The notes under the pieces were generated by a model. That model ran no database searches. It worked only from the letters and a program-made list of their open reading frames with translations, and had not been told where the DNA came from. From contig JAMDHS010000121.1 of assembly GCA_029717555.1 (NCBI GenBank), positions 1 to 51,354 of the forward strand: a stretch of 51,354 nucleotides of DNA, in the 5' to 3' direction. Below are positions 26,854-38,156 of this stretch, piece after piece. Source of the DNA: Peribolospora baueri (taxonomy: Eukaryota). Positions within the stretch are counted from its first letter, which is position 1. Every line of letters begins with the position of its first letter. Position numbers and translations under genes: made by a program.

Positions 26854-29800
26854 ATGGTCTCTCTCGCTCTCAATTGGTCGCCGCCGGACTCGGCGCCCCT
26901 CTTCGACACGCCCACCGACTTTCCCCCTTCCGCCAACGGCGCTACCACCACCGGCCAACCCTCTTCGCCAGCCACGCCCAAGGTCACACCTGTTCCTGCC
27001 CCTTCCGTCTCTCCCATCGGTAAGGCAGACTCCGGCACCTCCTCCTCCGCTTCCACCTCCACCGGTACCAACGTCACCGCCCGCTCCACCCCTCCCTCCG
27101 TCGCCGGCAGCTCGTCCGGCTCGGAAACCACGCCGAGGTCTATGAGCGAACGGCACGGCCCGGCGACGACAGGCAAGCCCGGCGGGGCGGGGGACGCTGA
27201 CACCGGGGAGAGCAAGCCGTCGCAGTCGCAGTCGCAATCGCAGCAGCAGCAATACCAACAACAACAACGACAACCACTGCAGCAGAGGCGGGACAGGAGC
27301 AACAGCGAGGCGCCCACCAGCTCGGCCGCTACGCCGTCGCCCGGCGGCGGCGGACCCGTCGAGGTCCCTTACCGCTCGCCCTCCGTCCCTCCTTCCGCCG
27401 TACACCAACCTTCCTTTTTCGTGCCCACCTCCCAGCCGCCGCTACCGAACCACCAATTCGGCTACCGCCAACAGCCGCCCAATATGTTCTACCCCCCCGC
27501 GCCCCCACCACACAGTCAGTTCGCCTGGGCGGCATATCAGCAGATGCTCGCCGCCCAAGCACAACAGTTTTACGGCCATCAGCCGCAGAACGACTTTGGC
27601 CCACAGCAGCACCACCACGGCCCTGGCGGTAGTGCGATAACGGCAGGCCCAGACGGTAGGAGACGATCAACGTCCGGGCCCCAGCGCCCACCGCCGCTCC
27701 TGTACAACGACTCCTTCCACCAGCAGCTCGGCTACCCTATGCCGTACGGCAGCCTACCTCGCATGCCTGCGCTTCCTCACCCCATGATGTATGCGCCGCC
27801 CCACCCTGGTTCCCCCGCTGGAGGCGCCAGGCCTCACCACATATCCCACTCTCAGACCGTCCCTGACCTCGGCGGCGGCTTCCATCCCCACCGACGAGGC
27901 CCTCACCCCGCCGGCCTGCCCCAAAAGTCCAGCTCTGAGGCCGGCACCGTGCCCCCTTCTCGGCCGCTCGATTGGGGCGGCCACTTCAAGGTCCAGTTCG
28001 GCCAAGCCTATCCCCCACCCGCCTACCCCACTCAACAGCAGGCCTCCCCGCGTCTTTCCCCTTCCGCTCCCGCGTCTGGCGCCGATGAACGTCGACCAAG
28101 GGCTTCCAGCCATTCCGCCAGTCACGATCGTCGGCGTTCGCCCAACACGGCCGCAGGCCCCGAGCGCGGCCCGCCGCCGAGCGCGTACACCGGCGTGAGC
28201 GCCGCCGCTCAACCCTCTCGCTCCTCTCCTTCTTCCGTCGCGCTCAAGGTGTGCAACACCACCGCCTCCTCGTCTGGCCCCACGTCGCCCCAGGTGCGAT
28301 CGCCGGCGGCCTCGTCGCGTTCGTCGCCCGCCTCACACTCTTCGACGCCTTCGGTGTCCAGCGCGGCCGGCGTTCCGCTGCCCGCCTCTCGACCCCAGTC
28401 GCCCCAACGCTCCTACTCGGACAATAGCCAGCGCTCCTCCGCGACCATCACCCGGCCATCGTCCCCATCGCTCAGGGCAAGTATGCCGACGAGTCCCACG
28501 CCGCCTCGACCAGGCGGTCACAGTCGGCACGGCTCCACTACATCCGTTCAGAGCTCATCGGCTTCCAAGCCGCCAGGCTCACACGCGCAGCCTGCTCTAT
28601 CGTCGCCCGTCTCGCCCACGTCGCCCTCGTCCTCGCAGCCGCAACAGCAACAACAGCGCGATGGTCCTGGCGTTCGACGTCCATCTCTAACCGGCCCCGC
28701 GGCTGGCGGAAACACGAAGAAACCCTCGCCGCTATCCCAACAGCATCGCGCAGCCACACCATCCGTCGCGTCGACCGGCGACGACGAAACCGCGACGCAG
28801 GCTTCGTACGGCGGTAGCGACAGGACCTCGATCGACCGACCCGTCAGCCCGACGACCGCCGCCGCCGCCACTGCCGCAGGCAAGGCCACGAAGCAGACCG
28901 GTTTGACTGGCCGACTACGAAAGGCGCTCGCCTTTGGCAGCGGCGAACAGGAGACGGCTCCCGCCCCCGCCCCGGCCGTCGGTCAGCAGCACCACTCCCG
29001 GCAGGGTTCCACGACCACGGCAGCAGCCGCACGGACACTTGCCATCTCTGCTCCCGCTGCGTCGGCCCCCGCCCCATTGCGACAGCATCAGCAGAACGCT
29101 GCCGCTCAACCTGCTTCGACGGACACCAAGGCTTCCTCCGGCTCGACGCGCTCCACCTCGCCTCCCAGCACGCCCGACCTCGGCCCGTCCGGTTACCCTG
29201 GAGCCATGTCGTCTGGCGCGTCGATCAGCTCGACTCGCGGCGGCGGGCCCGTCGGCGACGACGCCGACTCGACGCGGGGTGCTACGGGAGCGGGCGCGGC
29301 GTCCGGTGGCAAGCGACGGGGTTTGTTCAACCGCAAATTCAACTCGTCGACGGACAACTTGTCCATCTCGTCCAAGCTCTCCACCGTCTCGTCGGCGTCG
29401 GTCATGCTCCGTAAGATTGGAAACGTGGGCAAGATTGCCAGGAGACATAGTCTGATGGGCTTGACGAACATGTTCAAGGACAAGGATAAGCGCAAGGAGG
29501 GCAAGGAGGGCATTCATGATGACGACTTTGGCGTCCTTCCCGAGTTTTCCGCCGTCCAGCAGCAACAACAACAGCAGCAGCAGGACGGGACGGGCGGAGG
29601 GAAGAAAGGCAAGAAGGCCAAGGTGGGCAAGAAGGCGGGCTTGGCCAAGGCGAGCGTGACGCACGCCACCGTCGAACTAGAGTCGGGCTCGAGCGGCCTC
29701 GAGCTCATCGAGGGTATGACGCCCGCTGCGAGCTACGTCCGACAGCATCAGTTGCAGATGCAGCGCCAGGCCGAGGAGGAGGCCGAGGCGCGCGGGCAGG

Positions 29801-31147
29801 AGGCGGCCAAGGTCAAGACGACGGATGACGTGGCGGAGAACCGGACGCGGCTGCTCGAGAAGGAGAAGGAGAGGCTCAAGTCAAGGCGCGGCTGGAAGAT
29901 GCGCTTTGGCGGAGGCGGCCGCGCCGAGGCTTCTGGTGCAGTCGACGGCCAGCCCGGCCCCGAGCCCCCGGCGAGCGGCACCCCAGCGCGGGGCGATGAC
30001 GCCGGCGCGGGCGGAGAGGACGATTTCGGCGGGAACTTGTCCGGAGCCGTCGCCGCCCGTCTCGCCGCCTCTGGCGTGGTGGGCCCGCAGGATTCGCTCG
30101 TCGCTCGAGGTGGGGCGTACGCCGGTCCGAGGTCGTTGTCCGGGTACGGTGCGGGCCGGGAGGAGGACGATGACGACGAGGACGACGAGGAAGAGGAGGA
30201 CGAAGAGGAGGAGGAGGAGGAAGAGTTAAGGCCTCCTCATGCTGCCTTTGCCTCTCGGGGAGGGGACGAAGAGTACGATAGCGAGGGAGAGACGAGCAGC
30301 TTGAAGCACTGGGGAGAGGGTATCGATCGGGCGAGAGAGGCGAGTAAGCGGTGTGGTCCTCCGAGGGGGATCTTGAAGAGTGAGTTTTTCGTTCTCTTTT
30401 TTTTTTTTTTTTTGAGGACCGGGGATCGAGATAGTTGACGCCGCACGTACGTTTTCGTCTGACGTCGCGTCGCGCCTTCTTCCTCGCCCGCCGGACAGAT
30501 GCCGGGTTGTATAGTCAGGAGGAGTTTTCACAACACATCAATAGGCCCTTCGCCGGTCGGCCGCGCTCGAACTCGTACGACGTGCCCAACCAGCCCAACG
30601 CGGGAGCGTCTGCGCCGCCGCTATCGCACATGTCCACCTCGACTGACCAGTTGGACGGCCTGTCCCGGCCGTCCTCTCCTCAGACCGCCCACGCTCCCCT
30701 TCGCGACGCCGAGTCGACGCGGAACGCCGGGGCCGGCGGTCAACCTGAACCGCCTTATCGACATCATTCCAACTCGTCCGCCCCGACGCTCACGCTCATG
30801 TCCGACGTGTCGAGCGCCCCGCAGCAGCAGCGAGGCCCGCCGGCGGCAAAGAAGCAACTCACGTTTGCGGGAACGCACATCTACCACTCCACTTGGCCCG
30901 CTCACGTCTACGACCGACGAGGCGAGCTGGCCACCGCCAACCGGCTGACGCCGCTCTTGGCCCAAGCGATCAAGGAGGAGCTCAATACGTACAAGATGGA
31001 GGAGATGGTCGTCGCGCCCAGTTCGCGGGTGTACACTGTGAGCGTCGACGGTAGACCGACGGTCGGTCTACGCGGTCAGCCAGCGCACAGCTCACTTTTT
31101 CGCTGACGTCTCATTTTTTTGACCTTCTGCAGCACTTCTTCGTCTGA
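26854..31147 (+). CDS. BNI4: Bni4-like PP1 (Glc7)-targeting scaffold protein; long S/P/Q-rich disordered region; final micro-exon 31133-31147
   Basis: FNSSTDNLSISS...SSASVMLRKIG, RGILK (SILK-like), KKQLTF (RVxF-like), HSTWPAHVYDRRGELATANRLTPLLAQAIKEELNTYKMEEMVVAPSSRVYT|HFFV*. Confidence 0.8.
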
Positions 31148-32164
31148 GGTCCCACCTCGACGCTTTCTCCGACCTCCATGTTTATGAGCCAAACACGAAG
31201 GCAGCTTGACCTTGTCCATCTGTACAGTAAGTCGCGAGGAGGACCTTGCTTCCTGCGCGGCCGCAGGCGCGCTCACCTCATCCCTTTGCCGCGCCCTTGC
31301 CCGTTCGCAGCTAGAGTCGGGGCTCTCGAGACCTGCGAACGGCCCGTGCGTGCCGCGCCGCATGCTCCGCCCAGCCCAGCATCTGCTTTCTCTTTCTTTA
31401 TCATCTTTTCTCTCGTTTCCTCTCCTTACAAGGACGCTCGCTTCCCCCCTCGTCGCGGCGCACGATCGCATCGTTCCGATCGCTCTATTCGATCTCCCTT
31501 CTTGCTCCCCACCGCGGACCTAGCCATCGCCGCGCCTTTCCTTCCCAGGTTGCACATATCCCACTTTTTCTTCTTCTTCTCTGCCCACGCCGGATTTGCC
31601 TTCTTCCGTTTTTCGCCCCCTTCCTGGCGCGGCCTATGACGATTCCCTCCGATCGACACAGCCCCCCCCGTCCCCCCGTCCACGTCCGCGTTCTTCTGCC
31701 TACGTTCGCACCTATCTTTTTTCTTCCGTCTCCCGATCATCACTGTCATTACCCTGCATATTTTCATTTCAATTCCCTCTCTCGTCTCCATCTCTGCTCC
31801 ATTCTTTTTTTTCCTTTCGTTTCCATCCTTCGTCGTTTCGTTCGACTCGCTCGGCGACCGCTTCTCAGGAGACTGGACCCCCCTTCCTTTCCCTTCCCTT
31901 CCTAGCCCGGACCCGACGTTTTGCGTTAGCGTCTGCCGCATCACGACCGACCGTCTGTCTTGGCCGTTCTCGGACACGTTTCCCTTCTCCCATACCCCCC
32001 TTGTGAGGATGGTTGCATGCCGGGACCGCGTTCCCTTTTTCTTATTTTTCCCATCCCGCGTCGTCGACGACGTCCCAGACCTTTTGTCCTCCTCCCCTTA
32101 TTGGACTCGCATCGAAGCTAAGCGTCGCTTCGTCGCCCCGCCTCTCACTCTCTCCTTGCCTCCT

Positions 32165-32195
<31 letters not shown>

Positions 32196-32769
32196 CTCTT
32201 CATCCTTCTCGTCTCATCTGTTCATCTTGCCCCATTCGTCCGAGTGGTCGGCCTGGCCTACACGGACGTGACGTGGACGTGTGCGCGCGCTTCTTCTTTC
32301 CCTTTTGTCCGTTTGTGCTGCCTCCCTCCTTTCTTTCTTTCCTTCTTTTCCTTCCCTTGCCTGTCGACTAAAAAAGCTCCCGGTTCGGATGGAAATCGTT
32401 TCCCAATCTAGAGCAAAGAGCGGGTCACCTTCGTCGTGACCCCGCCACCCACTCCACTCGCCTTGCCACCCCCGCCTGTCTGAGGCACTCCACTCGCGTC
32501 GGCTACCGACCCTTTGCCGCCTCCTCCACAGTGCACCCTGCCCGCTACGTCCGAGTCTCAGAACTGGCTGGATCGTGATAGCGAGGAGGCGGTTCGGTGC
32601 TTTCGAATCATCGCCTCGCAGCTCAGCCGCACCTCGCCTACCTCCCGTCGTCCGCAAACGTGCATCAGCCCTTCTGCACGCCCTCGCACAGGTTGGTTGG
32701 GCGTATAAAAATGATTCCTTGGAAATTGTGGCGTGAACCGAGGCTTTCCTGCAACAAGCAAAAAGGAAG

Positions 32770-32855
32770 TGGAGCAGCTGGAAGTCGAATCCAGGACCTC
32801 GTGCAGGCGCTTACACATGCTAAGCACGCGCTCTAACCAACTGAGCTACAGCCCC
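32770..32855 (-). tRNA. tRNA-Ala(AGC) with a 12-nt intron
   Basis: GGGGCTGTAGCTCAGTTGGTTAGAGCGCGTGCTTAGCA[TGTGTAAGCGCC]TGCACGAGGTCCTGGATTCGACTTCCAGCTGCTCCA; G3:U70 alanine identity pair, A/B boxes, and an oligo-T Pol III terminator at 32760-32764. Confidence 0.95.
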
Positions 32856-33042
32856 GTTTTCCTGTTAAGGCGCGTCGTAATAACCTATATCACGGTTTGG
32901 CATACAAACGAGTCCTTGATCGGCGCGCCGCAGTCGAGCGAGTCGCGCCGCGTCGCCGTGACGGAGATCGATCAGGCATGGAGAGGTGGATGGATGGATG
33001 GATGGCCCACCGCTGACCGGGCGCCTTATCCCAGAGTCTGTT

Positions 33043-33930
33043 ATGGCAACCGACCCGTACGCTCATCTGTCCACGGACGAGTTGAGATCCAGGCGTGAGT
33101 ACGAGCATGGGTGCCCGTGTGCGTGTGCATGCCGCCGTCCCACTCATCCCGTCCCTTGCCTGTCGCTCGTCCTTCCCCTCGCAAAACAGTCGCGGCGGCC
33201 AAGGAGCGCAAGACGAGGCTGCAGCGCACGCTCTCCTCCGTCGACCGCGGCCTTGCGCCCAGCTGGTCCCCCTCCGACCGCACCGCCCTGTCCTCCCACC
33301 TGCTCGCCTCGCTCGCCGCGGCCTCGTCACCGACGGACGCGGAGGACAAGGCAAACATCTACCGCGTGACCGGGTGGACATGCTTCGAGGTGGAACTGGA
33401 GGCGGGAGGGAGGGAGAGGAGGGAGAGGGAGGAGAAGGGGCTGGGGAGAAAGTTGGGCTTGGGCGTGAGATTGGAGACGTTTTGGAAGGGTGCGTGCGTC
33501 TGAAAAGGGGAAGGATTTGGAAGTCGCTGACCGTCGACCTCGTCCATCTTGCGACAGGCCGCTTCTACGAACCCTTCTACCTCATCCTGTCGCCCGCTTC
33601 GCCATTCACCACCCCGAACGAGCTCACCGTAGTGAAACACACCATCCCGCATTTCATACCCCTCGGCCAGCTCGTCCAGCGCTACCTCTACGGCGACGGC
33701 GGCGTGAACGGCAGCTCTGGAAGCCTGGAGGTGAGCCGCGGGATGCGACATGGAAAGGGGAACAGTCAAACGCAGTCTGACCGAGTTGGAGTCCCCCTCC
33801 CCCTTCGCCCCAGCTTTTCCTCGAACAGCTCCAGATGCGCCTCCAGGAGTACGTCGCCCGTCGACAAGAGTCGCTTGAGGCGCCACACTCCCCTCCCGGC
33901 TCTCAGTCCACGTCCATGTCTATGGGCTAA
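33043..33930 (+). CDS. MCM21: CENP-O/Mcm21-like kinetochore protein (~213 aa; exons 33043-33094, 33190-33489, 33558-33730, 33814-33930; 3' end uncertain)
   Basis: NIYRVTGWTCF, LGLGVRLETFWKG|RFYEPFYLIL, VVKHTIPHFIPL..LVQRYL, LFLEQLQMRLQEYVARRQ match the CENP-O family pattern; exon phases are consistent. Confidence 0.75.
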
Positions 33931-35245
33931 GCTCTGGGAGCTTGCCGTCGCTTGATGAGCCGGCTTGCAGAGCGTGTCCTCTACCACCTTCGAGACGGCG
34001 CGCTTCTTTCCCGGACGAGCGTCACGACGATCCGCCCAGCCCATCCATCTTCCACCGACGCGCCTTCGCCCGAGAACGCGCCGAAGCAAGCGAATCGCAC
34101 CGCCCACCAATAGCGAACGCAGTTCCCATCCGCGGCGCGTCATCTCGCTCCTTCGTAGTCTCGCCATGGCCAGCGGACCCAGGTCTTCTCCGTCGCCCTT
34201 TCCTCCCGACGGAACGGGACGACCGATGGATAGGCTCGGCGCGTGGCTTCAGCGTTGTGCTCTATCGTTGCCGTTGTCGTCATCGTGGTCGTCGTCGTCG
34301 TTGCAAGGGCGTCTCCGCTCCGGTGCGGCACGCGGTTCGCCGCGTCGCTCTATCGCGCCAGGGGTTTTCGTGCTGGGCGCTAGTCGGGGCTGCATCTCAC
34401 TCAGCTCCTGTTATGTACACTACACAGCACGAGGGTGCTTTTGAGGAACGTGGCGCGTCCTGGGCGGCAGGGGCTTTCATCCATGTCATTCAAAACGGGA
34501 TGCCTATCTTTAACGAAGACCGAGGGGGCTATGAACAGGGATGCCGCGGTCAACTAAAACAGAAGACGCTGGGCATCAGATGGACGAGTCGGAGGCAAGC
34601 ACGCGGTTGTCGCTCACGCGACTGGCCTGACCGACCACACCACCCACCGTATCTGAGTTTGGGCGCCTAGCTCTCGTCACCGTTAGGTCGGCTGGCAGTG
34701 TTGGTAGTATACAGGGAGTGCGTACACATGCAGTACAATTAACCAACACGAGTCGGCGCCGATTCCGGCGGTCAGCGGTCGCGCGGCGGCGCAGAGCGGG
34801 GTGGGCCGAATAACTCAATTCGACGGACCCGGAATGCTCATCTCGTCGTCTGTGCTGACGACGACGTTGGGCATCCTATCCTTCTCTTCTCGCTTAGGCG
34901 GAGAGAGTGGAGAGGGAAGTCGGTGTAGCTGAGAATGAGTCGGCGTGCTCGAAGGAAGCGGGCAGACGGCGTCGGCCTATTTAAGCGTTCGTCTCTTCTC
35001 GCCCTCGCTCTCTCTTCTCTCTCTTCCACCCTCACTCTGTCCACTCGCGACCTTCCTTTCTTCCCCATTCCACACATTCCGCCCAACTTTTTGAGACATC
35101 CGCCGCCGCCCAGTCGATTCCCCATTCCCGCTCCTCCCCCGCTCCCCAGCTCGCCCTCCCAGCTCTCATCCAGATAAAACCCAACCCCCGCTGTCGGCGC
35201 CCCGCTAGCCAGTCAAGTCAAGAATCCCCCTCCCATCCCACCACC

Positions 35246-36613
35246 ATGAGACACGACCCGCCCGTGTCCGTGTTCGAGTGCCCGTCCTTCGTCGCCCTCC
35301 AACGCACCGATTCATCCTCCTCCTCCTCCTCCTCCTCCTCCTCCTCCTCCTCTTCCTCCTCCATCGCCTCTCAGCCTGACTCGGACGTAGGCCACATCCC
35401 TCCGCTACCCTCCGCTCTCGCCAGGGCCAACGTCCGCCCTTCGCTCGATGTCGACGTCGTACCCACAGGCCCAGTCCACCTCGACCACCTTCCCTCGCCC
35501 GCCATGACCGTCAGCCTGGCCCTCCGCCAGGCCGCCTGGCCACCGCCCGAGCCGTGCTCGTCCCCTTTCCCTTCCAGCAAGCCTCTTCGTCCCCGTCGCC
35601 GACGGCCGCCTCCCATCGCGACTACGGACATCGCGACGACCGCGACGGCCGCTCCGGACAAAGTCGCCGCCGACGTCCACAGGCGGCCGCGCGGGCCCGA
35701 ACTGCCCCCCCCACCCGCTGGACCCATCAGCCCTCTCTTCTTGCCGCTCTCCGGAGAGAGGGAGGGGAGGGGAGGGAGGGAGGGGCATGAGGGAGAGGAG
35801 GGGAAGGAGGCTGGTCAATACTGTTGCCGCGCCACTGCAATGCTGAAGAGTGCCGTCGCTGAGACGCTGGACGGGTGGATCCCCGTGTTTGGCATGGAGT
35901 TCGCCAGGGGATCCACCTCTGTCCTGGTGCGCTGCGTTCTCAAGACCCCCGACGTTTCCTCACTCGAGGTGACGGGGAGGGTACTTACGAACACGAGCGA
36001 CGTATCCGAGTCGTTCCGCAGGGAGCTCCGGGCGCTCGGGCGGGTGAGTGGGCACCCCAGCATTGTGCGCTTCATGGGCGAGGTGCCCCGAGTGGGCATC
36101 GTGCTCGAGGAGGTGCAGGGCGTAACCCTCTGGGAGCTGCTGAAGCCTACGACTCAGTACGCGCGCCTCAGCAGGTGGTACGCCGAACTGATGTCTGCTA
36201 TCTCCTATGTCCATGGCCATGAGCTGTCGCACGGGGACATCGCGCCCGGGAACATACTGATCACTGCGGAGGACTCGGTGAAGCTGTGTGACTTCGGCAG
36301 GAGCGCCGCCGTGGGCGAGGCGCTGGCTATGGCGACAAAGTGGTTCACTGCACCTGAGGTCCCTGGCGACTCACTGGACCCCTACCTGGCTGACGTCTTC
36401 TCCATAGGCGCACTTCTGGCATGCATGGTGAAGCGGTCGGAGCCGAGTGATCACTGGACACCCGCAGCCGCAGTCGGTCCGCACTCCGAGCTCCACACGT
36501 GCATAGCACACGAGGTCTCTGTTAAGATGATGCTCGGGGTAGGGTTACGGCCTGCGCTAGGCGAGTGCCCGGCAAAGTTGCCCCGCGAGACGGCATGGCC
36601 GGCGCTCGACTAA
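35246..36613 (+). CDS. Intronless divergent protein kinase-like protein (probable pseudokinase) with a Ser/Pro-rich N-terminus
   Basis: FRRELRAL...HPSIVRFMG, HGDIAPGNILI, VKLCDFG, FTAPE, ADVFSIG; poly-Ser from a (TCC)n repeat; TATTTAAG at 34978 upstream. Confidence 0.8.
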   Translation: MRHDPPVSVFECPSFVALQRTDSSSSSSSSSSSSSSSSSIASQPDSDVGHIPPLPSALARANVRPSLDVDVVPTGPVHLDHLPSPAMTVSLALRQAAWPPPEPCSSPFPSSKPLRPRRRRPPPIATTDIATTATAAPDKVAADVHRRPRGPELPPPPAGPISPLFLPLSGEREGRGGREGHEGEEGKEAGQYCCRATAMLKSAVAETLDGWIPVFGMEFARGSTSVLVRCVLKTPDVSSLEVTGRVLTNTSDVSESFRRELRALGRVSGHPSIVRFMGEVPRVGIVLEEVQGVTLWELLKPTTQYARLSRWYAELMSAISYVHGHELSHGDIAPGNILITAEDSVKLCDFGRSAAVGEALAMATKWFTAPEVPGDSLDPYLADVFSIGALLACMVKRSEPSDHWTPAAAVGPHSELHTCIAHEVSVKMMLGVGLRPALGECPAKLPRETAWPALD

Positions 36614-38156
36614 TTTTGAAAACTCCATCGTCCGCTGCAGATATAAAGTGAGCGAACGCGCGAGAGGCGACGATCGTATATACCCCGCTGGACCGGCCTC
36701 GCTCATGGAGGCTTGTCTCTCCTTCTCCCAACTCTGGCTACAGACGCGGCGGGGAACGCGTGTCCAGTCCTTTTATTTTTTTTTCATCTCTTCACCAGCG
36801 AGCCTCCCCCTCCCCGGACGGAAGAGCGAGACGCCCTTCTTCGGCTCTTTTCCAACGTGCCCAGCGTGCCGCCGCCTCCGCTCGGCCGGCACCGAGCGCG
36901 GCCTTCCCGGGCATGCTTGGAAAAGAAAGGTCGCACTCGCTTGTCGGCAAGCGGAGGTCTGGCGTTGCCCATCCCATCGCACGCGGTTCAGCCGAAGCGG
37001 GCGACTGCACCGGTCACGTCTTGCTCGCACTCGAGGGCGCTAGGCCGAACGAACGCGCGGACGGGAGGGAGACCGCTCTCCCGACCGACGCTTCCACGGC
37101 CGTCGTCCCCGATACCTATTTCTCGCCCCCATGCCACATACCCACGTGATACTGTACTTCGCTCACCCATCCATCCTCACCGCAAACACAAATATACCCC
37201 GCGTTTCTGCTTTTCCCGACCATGTCGATCGAACTGGGCGAGGAGACCTGACGATCTATCTGATCAGGTTCCGGCCAGCCAGCGCACGCGTAGGGGGATG
37301 ACCTTGAGACTCGGCCTCGGTTCTCCTCACACCGCCGTCACACGCAGTCAAAACCGCTCGCCTTTCACAGAGGGGCAATAGTCGTGGTAGGAGCTACACA
37401 GGCACGAGTCAGATAGATATGGAGGGCCCTTCGAAACGTTGGCTCTTTGGGCGGACATACGTCCGATTGTGGGGGGAACCTTCGCTTTCCGCAGCATCTT
37501 TGACCGCACCTCCATCGCTGTGGAGCCTTCGTCGCCCTATCTCTCAGGCCTGGCGCTTTATGTCCTCTCCTTCCTCTTCCATCTCGCCTTGGCCTCCTTC
37601 TCGTCTTCTGGAGGGACCACATCGTGCAGCTTCCCCTCCTTTTGGTGAGGCCACTGAGGACACGATTGACGTGGAAATCTTCTGGTTTGGAGCGCTCCAA
37701 GATCCATCCTCGTCGCTATGTGCGTCGGTTTCCAGTCATCCTGCTCTGTGGCAAGTGATTCGATACCTCCCTTCTCTCGACCGTGAACGCCACGGCCAAA
37801 CGCACCGACCTTCTCACACATTTAATCCAAATATCAAAGAATGAGAATGCGAATTGGGAAGCTGACGCTTTCTGTACCAGTCAGCCCCAGCGCCGTTTGT
37901 CTTACTCAGCGGAGACGGCACTTTCTTTCGGCGGCGAGCGAGAGCTGATCAATCATGGTTTTTGCTCGCAATGACTGCCCCGCTCGCGAGCTCGTTGAGG
38001 AACGCTTGGTCGTCCTCGAGCTGCCCTTGTGGTTCTATTAAGGCGCGCCTAACTCGAGACGCTGTGCGTTGAAACGCGCCGCCCGCATCTCTTCTTTCTC
38101 TCCCCTCCCCCTACCTCACACTTTCGACCGGAAAGCTCCGAATCGTAGCAAACCCA

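Noticed and set aside
32809..32830. tRNA intron pairing with the anticodon arm, and a U6-U67 acceptor mismatch
   Set aside because: Anticodon-intron pairing is normal for eukaryotic pre-tRNAs; the gene otherwise looks canonical.
33942..34900. 242-aa and other ORFs between MCM21 and the kinase
   Set aside because: No recognisable motifs or consistent exon structure.
36700..37980. ORFs such as 37419-37844 in the long spacer after the kinase
   Set aside because: No family motif, TIR or LTR found in the frames checked; a decayed element cannot be excluded.
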